DNA of 64,000 nucleotides. Source: Octopus sinensis. Its lineage: Eukaryota. The position numbers and the translations under genes are program-made. The notes beneath the pieces are model-generated. The model had not been told where the DNA came from. It ran no database searches and saw only the letters and a program-made list of their open reading frames with translations. The stretch lies in NCBI RefSeq assembly GCF_006345805.1, contig NC_043003.1:33108001-33172000 (forward strand), written 5' to 3'. Of this stretch, positions 13,870 to 25,732 are shown in pieces (the first letter of the stretch is position 1; the number at the start of each line of letters is the position of its first letter).

Positions 13870-14880
13870 TATATTTTCTATGTTATATTTTCTTTTTTTA
13901 TGTTTTTGTTTTTGGTTTTTCACTGTTTGATTTGCCTATTAGTGGTTTTATCTCTAATTTAATTTATACAGATATATATCTCATTTGTATACATTTGTAT
14001 ATATAATGCGTGCACACACACACACACACACGCACACATATATATATACACATATATATATAATGTGTGCATTACGTAGTCGGTCGATTCAGCTGAAAAT
14101 AGGCACACCTATGGTAAAGGTGCTGACAAGTTTCCATGACAACTATTTTGTTCCTCAAATGAAAGGTGTCACCTCTAGGACAAAATTCCTCATCTTATAA
14201 AATGTGGCCCCAGCAGACCCGAATGAAATCGGGTTATATTAACCAAAATGTGAAAAGGGGTCTAAATGGGGCTGGAAGGGGATTAAAATTTCTAGGAGTG
14301 GGTGTTTAGGAATTCTCTGTTACATCAAGCTAAAAAATTTGCGCCAGCCTTTTAATCGTCAATGTGTTGCCGTCCATGATAAAGAAGTTTTGAATGCTTG
14401 CCATGGTGAGTCTACTGTCGTGAGAAAGAATCACTTCAAAAGTTGGTGTTTACGAATTTTCTTTTACATCAAGTTCTAAATTTTACGCCAGCCGTTAAAC
14501 TGTCAAAACGTTGCTGTCCGTCGTTAACAAATGCCAGCCATGGTGACTCTACTATCCTCAGATTCTATCCCTTCAAACTTTGGTTTCCAATATTTTATTA
14601 TTTTTCTTCAGCTCGCAAGTTCGTCTGTCCCTTTTAAATGTTAGCGTTTTGCTGTCTGCCTTGAAGCAGACCTTTCCATTGCCACTGCCTCATATTTCTG
14701 ATTGATCTTTCTAAATATTTTATTTCTCAACTTACTCAAGATCTTCTGTTGTTTATAAATGGGAGAGAGATAGATAAAGATAGAGAGTAAGAGAAAGCGA
14801 GGAAGAGTCCAAGAGAAAAGAAAAGTAAAGAGTGGGAAAGTGGGAAAGAGAGAAAGGAGAGAGAAACAAATACGGAGAAT

Positions 14881-15190
14881 CATCATCATCATCATCGTTT
14901 AACGTCCGTTTTCCGTGCTAGCACGGGTTGGGCAGTGTGACCGGGGTCTCGGAAGCCAGGAGGCTGCACCAGGCTCCAGTCTGATCTGGCAGTGTTTCTA
15001 CAGGTGGATGACCTTCCTAACGCCAACCACTCTGTGAGTGTAGTGAGTGCTTCTTTCGTGCCGCCGGCACTGGTGCCAGGGGTTCTCGCAGTGGCAACGA
15101 TCGGTTGGTGCTTTTTACGTGCCACCGGCACAGAAGCAAGTCAAGGCGGTGCTGCAATCGGCCACGTTCGGATGGTGCTTTTTACGTGCT
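14881..15190. repeat. Interspersed GC-rich repeat adjoining a (CAT)n tract, with internal duplicated motif
   Basis: It begins at (CAT)n and contains the duplicated motif ggtgctttttacgtgc. The family assignment is uncertain. Confidence 0.45.
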
Positions 15191-15347
15191 GAAAGGAAGC
15201 AACAGAAAGTAACACCCACACTCTTGCCCGCGCGTAGAGCGGGTCACCTTCAGCTAGTATATATATATATAATGTATGCATCTATAATACACACACATTA
15301 TAAATATATACACATATATGCATATGCATTAGAATATGTGTGTATAG

Positions 15348-15382
<35 letters not shown>

Positions 15383-15448
15383 TATGTTTGTATGCATGTG
15401 TGTGTAGCTATTTAGGATTTACACAAATTTTATATATACTACAAGAAG

Positions 15449-15760
15449 TTTATGATAAGCGGAGATGTTTACATTTTAGTTAGCTATTTACATGTTTACG
15501 TTAACTACGTCACAAAATAGCTGTTTACGTCACAGTAACAATATTTTGAGAAACAGTAAATAATATGAGGCTGAAAGAAAGAATATCATCGGTTAAAATT
15601 CGAATTTTTAAACAACGTTAAACTTAGAAATTACAATTCCGTTTTCATTTTGGTTTACAATTATGTTTTCTTTTGACACATTCTACCAGTATACGAAGTT
15701 TCAAATTGTTTAGTTAACTAGGAAAGTCTGGCTTTCAAAAAGAAAAGAACCACTGATTCC
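15449..15760. repeat. Unclassified interspersed repeat, copy 2 (inverted relative to 8221-8540)
   Basis: Reverse-complement match to 8221-8540. Confidence 0.85.
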
Positions 15761-16236
15761 ATTTTATGTTGTTTAAATGATGTAAATTATCATATGTACA
15801 TCTCTGATTATTTCAATTTCTCTCACTCTCTTTGTCTCAATATGTCTGTCTCTGCCTACCTCAATTCTACGTAGAGAAGAAAACAGAAAGGAAACAGAAA
15901 GACAAAAAAGAACTAAAGATAGAAAGAAATAATACTAAGGGTACTGAAAGTCCCTGGCTTTGGGTAAAAGAAATTACAGGACGGTCAGTTAGTTATGATT
16001 TTATTCGACATATTCCCTTCTCAGATTCACACATTTATTTCTTCAGTTTTCCAAAGCCTAGTAAAAAATCTCGGTAGTTTGGTCTTGGAACCAGGCTTTT
16101 CGCGATACCCTTAACGCCAGGAATTGTCGCGATGCCTTTAAAGCCAGGAACTGTCACGATACCCTTAAAGCAGGAACTAGTCAAACAAAAATTTTATAAA
16201 ACGTTTCATTTACTAAACCGTTGATATATTGAAGCA

Positions 16237-16690
16237 GCGTGCTGGCAGAAGCGTTAACATGCCGGAAAAAATACTTAGCAGCTTTTATTCCTTCTTCAAT
16301 TTCTGGGTTAAATTTACACCGAGGTCGACTTCGCCTTCCATCACTTTTGGGGTCGATAAAGTAAGTACGGGTTGAAAACTGGGCCGATGCAATCGACTTA
16401 CCCTCTCTCCAAGCTTCAGGTCTTGTGCCTCTAGTAGAAAAGATATTGTGTTGATATAGTGCATATAGAGGTTGGCGGGCTGGTAGAATCGATAAGAACG
16501 TCGGAGAAATGACTTGCATTATTACTTCGACTCTGTCGATGCTGGGTTCAAATCTCACCGCGGTCGACGTTATCGTTCATCTCTCTCCGGATCAGTTGAG
16601 ATAAAATACTACTACAGAAGAATCAATTAAACTCCTTGCCTCAAAACTACTGGACATGTCCTTAAAGTAGAGACGATTATACTACATATA
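16237..16690 (+). mobile_element. Two adjacent degenerate tRNA-derived SINEs, family B
   Basis: Each has a gctggcagaa/gctggtagaa head, a B-box-like ggttcaaat in the second copy, and a ccg(a/c)ggtcgac body. Confidence 0.7.
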
Positions 16691-17210
16691 AAAATTAATT
16701 TATAATACTGCACAAACGCTCCAATAATGCCATAAAGTGCTTTTAAACATAGATTTTCTCAGGTTTATTAACATTACTTTGGGGATGTAATATCAGGATA
16801 TTTTTATGAAATCTGAAAAGGAAATTAAAAAACAAAATGATAAAAAGATCTGACCTACAGAAAGGATGTAATATTTGTACACTCTCAAACTCCGCCAAAG
16901 AGAATATTTGTACACTCTGATACAATTAGTACTCTCTCCGAGACTAATTTTTTACTTCACAATTTATGCAGCCGGGGAGTAGTGATGGTGTTCTCGTATT
17001 CATGCTTTTCTCAAACATTAGAATTGTTACCGAAACAGATTCAATAAGTTCATATCAATGTTTTTTCAGCAATTTTGTAATGGCGTATGAGTTGCAATCA
17101 AGTCATTATATATGAACTTCGATTTGTATATCTGCTTCTATCTCTATAGGCATGCAAGCATTAGTGTCTATGGGAATACATGAGCATATATATATAATGC
17201 ATACGTGTAG

Positions 17211-17299
<89 letters not shown>

Positions 17300-17318
17300 T
17301 ACAAATACATATACATAT

Positions 17319-20300
17319 TCGCTGAAAGAATTGAAAAGCATAAATTCAAACCTAACAGCAGTGTTAAACAAACTCAACTTAACACCTCGACCTTCTACAC
17401 AAACTAACGAGGAAACCGAATCGAATAAAACACCCTCCGAAATATTCGAGAAAGTTGAAAATCTATGCGATACAATGACGACATTCTTCACAAACTTTAC
17501 GAAACAAGAGCAACAAAAAGAAGGAACACATGAGAAGAACCGAGCAACTTCAACATTACAAATAAAGAACCAAGTCCTCCCCCAATGGAGAACACTACAG
17601 CGAAACAGAAAATTCGCTTTTTGGAAAATGATACAAAATCAGAATAAAGCAGAGATTTACCAAAAATGGCTAGACTCAACACCCCTAGTCATACCCCGTA
17701 AATTACAAATCAAACCAATCTCGGAAGAACCAGAAGAACAAAGAAAACTTAGAGAAAAAATGTCATTAGAAAAAATGAAGATGGAAATAGAACTACTTAA
17801 GCTGAGAGCTAAAACGAATGAAGAAAAAGTAAAAACCATAGACGAGGAAATCAACGAAGAAGTCATCAAACTAATAGACGACAACAATACTGAAACATTA
17901 CCAGCACTATGGAATGAAGAATGTGAAAAAGAGGAACTTAAGTCCCTCCAACGATGGGAAAAGAGCGCCATCTGGTTTCTAGATTATGAAACCAACTTCA
18001 AAAATGAACACATATCCAACAACCCCTTCATAAAATTAAGCAAATCAAAACCAAATACCAATAGAACGGAACAACTACCAAGAAATCCTACCACAGTCTA
18101 CACCAGAAAAGTACACCTAAAACACACCCCACACTACCTACACCAACCCCAAAACACCTACAGAGGCCCACCACACCAGTTCGAAAATAGACATACCAAC
18201 AGAGCAGAACAACCACCAAGAAATCCAAACACACTCTACACCAGAAAAATGCATTTAAAACGCACCCCACACTACCTACACCAACCCCAAAACACTTATA
18301 GGGTCCCACCACACCATTCCACGAACCTAAGAGCCACAACATACAATACTATAAAATACAACCCACATAACCAAACCAAAACGCTACTACCAAACAACCA
18401 CCCCAGGAACCAAACCATACAACCACAACAAACAACAAATGCACTACGGAAGAAACAACTACCAACACAATATACCTGAGGAACTAAGACGTAACACTAG
18501 GTTCAACAACAGACTCCAGAACAGAGCACCACAAACTCACTCTGACAATTATAACAACATGAGACAGATAAATAATAGCTTTGAACATAACTACACCAAC
18601 CATTTTTTAGACCCCACACACAGGAACAGGGACACACGATGGCAAAGGACAAACAAAAGAAACCTCAGGTAATTAAGATAATCAATCTCTCAAACAAAGA
18701 ACTTACACCTAACGAAATAAGCATACTCTCCAAAGGACTTAAATTTACACCCACCCCACAACGTTCTAATTATTATGAAATGAAAGATGATATTTCGGAA
18801 TTTTGCAGAAAACTAAGACTCACCGAGGCATTTCAAGACAAACAAATAGAGGAGGACTCAATAGCTAGAAACAAGAGCAATTACACCCCCACCAAAGGTA
18901 AGAATAAAGCCTTAGACCGCTATTGTGACTACATAACTAATTTCCCGTTTCAATTCATCAAGAAACAAAAACACAGCCCTAACTTCAACAAAAGAGAATG
19001 GAACGACCTCATCAAACTAAGAGAAGACAAAACAATAACAATTAAGGAGGCAGATAAGGGCAACGCGATAGTAATAATGAATACAAACAATTATAAAAAT
19101 TTAGTGCTATCCCTATTAAGAGATGAAACGTATTATGAAAGGGCCCAACAGTATAACCAGCAAAAATAATGCATAACCTTAGGACATTAATCAACACATA
19201 CCAAGAAGGACTCACGAACAAGGAGTATGAATACATCACTAACTTCAAATGCAAATCGAGTTTGTTCTATGGTATCCCTAAGGTACACAAAAGCCAAACC
19301 ATTAGAGAAACGTGCAAAACATCCACCGACACACTCATCAAAATCCCTTCACCAAATGATCTTAAACTAAGACCGATAATAGTAGGGCCAGCATGTGAAA
19401 CTCACCGCCTCAGCAATTTCTTAGACACACTTCTTAAACCTTTCCTAAAACACATCAAAAGCTACGTAAGAGACGATATAGATATGCTCAACCACCTCCC
19501 TAAAACAGTCAATGAGAAAACCCTTCTAGTATCATTCGACGTAGTTAATCTTTATTCTAACATCCCTCACAACCTAGGAATAGAAGCGATCACCTTCTGG
19601 CTGAATAATACCCCTTGAACTCCCAACTCGCATAAACAAAGACCTTATAATAGAAGGACTTAGATTCATTTTAGAGAACAATTATTTTATTTTTGACAAT
19701 GATTTCTACAGGCAAAGATCGGGAACAGCGATGGGCACGCGTACTGCACCATCTTTTGCCAACCTAGTGATGGGATACCTCGAGAAAATACTATACCGGA
19801 TGACACTCGAGAAAATGGAAACACCTTCGTCACCTATATCCATAACAACTGGAAAAGATACCTCGATGACTGTTTCATCATCTGGACAAAGCATAGAGAA
19901 ACTTGAGGAATTTAAAATTCTATTAAATGGAATAAATGACAATATACAATTCACGATGGACCACAACGAAAAAGAATTACCATTTTTAGACATCCTCATT
20001 AAGAAAACCGGCGCAACAAAATAGAGACAGATATCTACTATAAACCGACAGACTCTAAACAGTACCTACCCTTTGATTCATGCCACCCACGACACACTAG
20101 AATGAATGTCCCTTTTTGTTTAGCTAGAAGGATTTGCACCATAATATCAGACACAAACACCCGACACACACGTCTCCAGGAACTTAGAACCACACTCACA
20201 AATAGAAACTATCCACAGCCCCTAATAGACAGTGCAATCCAACGGGTACTTAAATTAAGTATAGAAAACCTGAGACAAACAAAACCAAAAAAGAAAGAAC

Positions 20301-20920
20301 AATTAAAAACCCTTCCCTACATCTCTACACACAATCCACTCAACAATGAGGCCTTCAACACCAAACTACAAAGCACAGCCCTACTAAAGGGAGACCCAAA
20401 GATGAACCGGATCCTCGAAACACACACCATCATTAAAAGTAAACGGCAACCAAAATCCTTGAAAAGGATTTTAACCCAAGCTACACTGCACTCAACATCA
20501 ACCACAAAACCAGCAGTTAGAAAATGTGGAAGGCCCAACTGCGGAATCTGTGTCATCTTGAAAGAAGGATCAGAATTTATTCTGGAACAAGGCCACCAGT
20601 TCACCATTAGAACAAACTTCACCTGCGCATCAGAAAACTTAATTTACGTCATAACATGCGCAGGCTGCAATAGGCAGTATATAGGCCATACAAAAAATAG
20701 CTTACGTAACAGGATGGTGGTGCATAAATCACAAATTAGAAACCCTGATTACTGCAAAATACCGGTCAGCGGATGTGCTGGAAATGTAAATCCGAAATTT
20801 ACAACTAACCCGCTCTATAAATTCAGTGACAACGCAACCTTCACACAACGCCAAAATAAAGAACTATATTTCATAAAAAAATTTAGACCAAGTTTAAACA
20901 CCCTGGGCCAGGAATACTAA
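17319..20920 (+). pseudogene. PLE ORF (coiled-coil N-terminus, reverse transcriptase, GIY-YIG endonuclease), frameshifted
   Basis: Motifs include INLSNKELT..LSKGLKFTPTP, YGIPKVHK, KLRPII, LVSFDVVNLYSNIP, GTAMGTRTAPSFANL, a frameshifted WKRYLDDCF and NLIYVITCAGCNRQYIGHT. It is split by several single-base indels. Confidence 0.92.
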
Positions 20921-21088
20921 AACAAAAGATAAGTCCTCCGAAAAGGAGAACCAAATTTCACCACGGCCGCTACTTCAAACAGACACTCACTCTGACGGAA
21001 ATATGCCTTAGTAAAAAAGGAAAAAAATTCTTTCGTGCAAATCTGACCCTGATACATACGATACAGCTAAGGGTCAGACCCGATTCTG

Positions 21089-21551
21089 ATTGGTCAACAA
21101 GTTGATGACGTCTATCTCTGCTAGAATGGACAGGATACAAACAGGGGACAGTCATTAGTCAGAATATTGATGACGTCCTTTTCTGCTTGAATAGTCACCT
21201 AACAAGTACAGACAGGGGGCAGATCTAATGTAGCTATAAGTCGTGATTGGGCAGAATCTGGATGACGTCCCGCTCTGCTTGACTAACGAAGCGACTGGTC
21301 AAAACAGGAAACAAACAAGAGGCAGATATAATGCAGCGATTGGTCAAAATAATGATGACGTCCCGTTCTACTTGACTAACGAAGCGACTGGTCAAAACAG
21401 GAAACAAACAAGAGGGAGTTATAATGCAGCGATTGGTCAAAATAATGATGACGTCCGTTCTACTTGATTAAAGCCACCTAACGAAACGAATGGTCAAAAC
21501 ATTGATGACGTCACGCTACGCTAGATTGACCACCTAACAGGCATTATAAAA
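21089..21551 (+). promoter_or_regulatory. Candidate Pol II promoter: six ATTGG-N12-TGACGTC modules followed by TATA box
   Basis: Modules start at 21089, 21154 (ATTAG), 21246, 21339, 21432 and 21489 (AATGG), each with a 12-nt spacer. TATAAAA is at 21545 and an Inr-like TCA at 21571-21573. Confidence 0.7.
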
Positions 21552-21989
21552 CCGAGCATTTCACAAAAACTCACTAGAACCACCCAGCGAACTTCCACCA
21601 TGGGTCATCACAATTGCTTAAGGTAAAAATGAATTCCTCGCTCTTTCGGAAACATCAATCTTCTGTATTGACCGCTTTCCACCACTTTGATCTGCTTTTT
21701 GTATTGAATACGTATCGCCACCGTGGGCCACTGCATCGAACACTTTGAACATATACTTCAAACTATATATCAACTATACATGAACTATATATCAACTATA
21801 CATGAACTCTAAGATGTCTGACTCCGTTGTGTATTATAAATGAATTTCTTGTGTTTGACGGCATGAGCTGTCTTTTTTTTATATATAACTTTTTTTGATA
21901 AGGTTCATTTCAGGAACTGAAACATGTTATAATCTATATATAAAAATAAAAAATTGTATAATACAGCAGCATTTTCGAACTTCATTTTT

Positions 21990-22029
<40 letters not shown>

Positions 22030-22031
<2 letters not shown>

Positions 22032-22890
22032 GCAGGTTGTGGCGAATATTTTGTCGTCTAAATTACGCAAAAATGAAAATAACAATCTCATTTTAACAGA
22101 TATATTTAGCAAAATTCCATAAAACTATCTTGAAATACTAACCAGTAAATGCATTCAATAACATCGCCACTGGCTTCAACTACCACCTACAGGCGATCTC
22201 AGAATCTCCTGCAACTCATCAGGACGGTATCCTTGTTTAAATAGGTGAACGCTACCATAATCCTTGCCTTCAGTTCATCCTTGGTGTTACAAGGAGTTTT
22301 GTTGGTCTCTCACTCAACTGCACCCCACACATAATAATCAAAAGGGTTGCAATCTGGGAAGTTAGTTGTCCAGATGTTACAGGTGATACGCTCACAGAAA
22401 TTGTCTGGCAGACATGAACGGGTTCTCTTGCTGCCAAGTATTGGGTCTTCCAGCAGGCACCCTCTTGACCCAGAGCAGCCCTACATCCTCTAGGAACGTG
22501 ATGTAGGCTTTGTATTGAGTATGAGGTCGTGCTGGAAGACGAATGGAAGCATCATATCGCTATCACTAGTGATCACTTCAAATACCATGATGTTGACTGG
22601 ATGTTTGAGTTCTATCACTCTTGGTACATGGTTTGTTGACACGGCAAGCGAGCGGTTATTCTGTGTGTTCACCATCTGTTCGTATTGGAGCTTCCGGCAC
22701 AAATACTAAGCTGTACTAGATATCGTTTCCAAATTTCTGGCACTGCGAATTGCGTCATGATACTGTTTTTCTCACAGAGGATGCCCAACTGACCATACTA
22801 TATTGTGTAATCGACGAAATCAAAAATTAACAATGAGCCTGAACGAAATTTAAAAATATAAAATGGTGACAATTTACCCATCGCACACTG
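22030..22890 (-). mobile_element. Internally deleted Tc1/mariner (maT/DD37D-like) transposon
   Basis: Minus-strand remnants read VPRVIELKHPVNIMVFEVITSD and NFPDCNPFDYYVWGAVE...KDELKARI. A TA-flanked terminus CAGTGTGCG lies at 22890. Confidence 0.85.
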
Positions 22891-23723
22891 TATCTAAATG
22901 TATGTATTTGTATACACACACACATATACATATATATACACATATATATACCTACACATATGTACGTACATATATGAATATGTACAACATATATACATAT
23001 GTGTATATAAATATATATGAATATATATATATATACATATACTTAAGTACTTACAATATATATACATATATATACATATACTTCAGTACTTACAATATAT
23101 ATACATATACATATACATATACATATATATATATATATATATATATTTGCGCACAGGTATACACATTTATATATAAATGTGTGTGTTTGTGTTTCAGCAC
23201 CAAAATTATTGAATTCGGATAAGGGATAAATAGATAGTTGATAGATAGATATAGACAGAGATAGAAATAGAGAGAGAGAGAGAGAGAGTGAGAGAGAGTG
23301 AGAGAGTGGGAGAGACAGAGAGAATCAGCGAGAGTGAAACTATTGACTGGCCAAGATGTGTAATCTATAATGTCAATATACATCGTTTGTAGAAATAAGC
23401 ACAGAAATCAACGCCGATATCATTGGATTAGCGTTAGAAAGGAAGCATTTTGCTCTCAACTAAACCCCTAGATAAGCTACCTGTGATGTGCTGGATTTGC
23501 ACTGAATGACTTTCACTCTAATTCCTGAACCACTTAATCGATTGCAGAGATATCCACTATCTATATGTGGCGATTCATGAAACTAGAATAACCCAGCTAC
23601 GGTTATTGATATCTTGCAAAGCACACTTGAATATAACGATGAAACCTTTATGTAATCACATGCAGCTACTCCAATTACGTACGCACGCACATACACGTGT
23701 ATATATGTATGTATACACACATG

Positions 23724-23778
<55 letters not shown>

Positions 23779-23811
23779 ATATATATATATATATATAATA
23801 TATATATATAT

Positions 23812-23980
23812 AAGGCACAAGGCCCGAAATTTTAGGGGAGGGAACAGTCGATTAGATCGGCCTCAGTACGCCACTGGTACTTAATTTATCCACCTCGAAT
23901 GGATGGAAGGCAAAGTCGACCTCGGTGGAATTTGAACTCAGTATGTAAAGACGTTCTAAAGATTCTGCTAGCTCACCGCC
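23812..23980 (-). mobile_element. tRNA-derived SINE, family B
   Basis: Minus strand reads ggcggtgagctagcagaatc...gagttcaaattccaccgaggtcgac. Confidence 0.8.
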
Positions 23981-23994
23981 TTTATGTTTATGTT

Positions 23995-24031
<37 letters not shown>

Positions 24032-24060
24032 ACACACACACATAAATATATATAATAATA

Positions 24061-24214
24061 CTAGCACTATGACCCTGGGGAAATGTAAAGATGTGCGCGA
24101 CCACTCTTGGACGGTTTTAAATGATCATAGAAAATGCGAGCCCTCTAATTGAAAAATTGTGGATTTGTATAAAGGACTCACACAAAGACATTTTGCCGTT
24201 TATATATAGAGAGA
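24061..24214 (-). mobile_element. Miniature non-autonomous Helitron
   Basis: Minus strand reads A|TCTCTCTATATATAAAC ... gtgCTAG|T. The subterminal hairpin is weak or deleted. Confidence 0.6.
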
Positions 24215-24215
24215 T

Positions 24216-24432
24216 TCTTTTATCCTTATAATTGTTTCAGTCATTTCACTGCGGCCATGCTGGAGCGCCGGCTTAAAGGGTGCTGGTCGAAGAAATCGCC
24301 TCTAGGACTTATTCTTTGTGAGCCTAGTACTTATTCTATCGGTCTCTATTGCCGAACCGCTACGTTACGGGGAGGTAGACACACCAACATCGGTTGTCAA
24401 GCGATGGTTGTGGGAACAAGCACAGACATACG
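24216..24432 (-). mobile_element. tRNA-derived SINE family A, 3' half
   Basis: Matches the tail of the family A copies. Confidence 0.8.
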
Positions 24433-24500
24433 ATAGAAATATATACATATATACATACACCTATATATATATATATATGTATATATATATGTATATATGT

Positions 24501-24658
24501 CAAATATTCTATAATTATATATATAATTATAATCAGGGGGCAGCTAAGTATTCTTATGGTAGTTGAAATGACATTAGCGTCTATTTCTAATTCAGTAAGT
24601 GGTGAGGCTCTTAGCTGACCCCTGATTATAATTATGTATATAATTATAGAACATTTTG
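24501..24658. repeat. Short fold-back/MITE-like element with ~48-bp inverted arms
   Basis: 24501-24548 is the near reverse complement of 24610-24658 (ataattataatcaggggg/tcagctaag) around a 61-bp spacer. Confidence 0.75.
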
Positions 24659-24739
24659 TATAATTCACCTAAGATAGGCTTTTTAACGTACTAACTACTT
24701 AGTAAAATTAATAATGATTAATTACTAATTAATTAATTT

Positions 24740-24781
<42 letters not shown>

Positions 24782-24964
24782 AAAGGGCTTAGTAAAATAA
24801 ATTACTTTGCCGCATACTGAACTCATTAGAAATAGCAGCTAAAAAACTTTTTTTAAACTATTTCTAATACTTAAAGAAAATCTCTCTCATATATAGTGTT
24901 TGCTTAATTCAACTCACAAAAGTTTGGGGGTAAGGACATCGAAAAATCAAATGCTAAGGTTATT

Positions 24965-25016
24965 CGAGAACGTACGTTTCAAGATTAGTCAAAACAACAT
25001 TTCTATCATCGGCTCA
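24965..25016 (-). ncRNA. Minimal type I hammerhead motif (CCGAUGA variant)
   Basis: Minus strand reads TGAG CCGATGA T AGA..GTT gtttt GAC..TCT T GAAAC GTAC GTT CTCG, with palindromic AACGTACGTT. Confidence 0.65.
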
Positions 25017-25363
25017 GAAATTCCTTGGTTTGGATTTGGAAACACTGAAAATAAGAACATACCCTTTCGAAGATCTGCTCCCAACTAACAGTGCCAACAA
25101 ATTCAAATAAGCAAGCGAAGAATCTCTGTTCTCCCCTTTCCACCAGCGTGGGTTAAAATCATCAAACACTATGCTTATTTCGGTAAAATCCGAAGCATTA
25201 ATCAGAGGAAGATTAATTATAATTTCAACAATTGAGGGCAAAATTAATTAATTATTAATCAATTTCACCAAGTGTTCAGTATGCAAAGGGACCATTCAAG
25301 GCGAATTCAAATTATTACATTATATAAAAGGGCTTAGTAAAATAAATTACTTTGCCGCATTTC

Positions 25364-25415
25364 TGAGCCGATGATAGAAATGTTGTTTTGACTAATCTTG
25401 AAACGTACGTTCTCG
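25364..25415 (+). ncRNA. Minimal type I hammerhead motif (CCGAUGA variant), inverted copy
   Basis: Identical to the motif at 24965-25016 but on the plus strand. Confidence 0.65.
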
Positions 25416-25701
25416 AATAACCTTAGCATTTGATTTTTCGATGTCCTTACCCCCAAACTTTTGTGAGTTGAATTAAGCAAACACTATATATGAGAGAGAT
25501 TTTCTTTAAGTATTAGAAATAGTTTTAAAAAAGTTTTTTAGCTGCTATTTCTAATGAGTTCAGTATGCGGCAAAGTAATTTATTTTACTAAGCCCTTTTA
25601 TATAATGTAATAATTTGAATTCGCCTTGAATGGTCCCTTTGCATACTGAACACTTGGTGAAATTGATTAATAATTAATTAATTTTGCCCTCAATTGTTGA
25701 A

Positions 25702-25732
<31 letters not shown>

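Larger units (their letters stand above)
17319..21872 (+). mobile_element. Penelope-like retroelement (Neptune-like), 5' junction in (TA)n, with 3' pseudo-LTR
   Basis: RT and GIY-YIG coding remnants are followed by a promoter-like non-coding end. The Neptune assignment is inferred from the Cys-rich linker CGRPNCGIC. Confidence 0.92.
24775..25703. mobile_element. Non-coding HHR-bearing element: 545-bp monomer + 41-bp direct repeat + inverted partial copy, in (TA)n
   Basis: 24775-24815 equals 25320-25360. 24775-25021 is inverted at 25359-25605, and 25222-25360 is inverted at 25565-25703. (TA)n lies on both sides. Confidence 0.85.

Noticed and set aside
21240-21520. CRISPR-like repeat-spacer appearance of the TGATGACGTC modules
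   Set aside because: The context is eukaryotic, the intervals are duplicated rather than unique spacers, and there are no cas genes. A promoter array explains it better.
21805-21868. Possible hammerhead at the 3' end of the large PLE (CTAAGA T GTC ... GAC GGCA)
   Set aside because: It needs a deletion in CUGANGA and two substitutions in GAAA, and helix I is unconvincing. It could be a decayed HHR, but one copy cannot support it.
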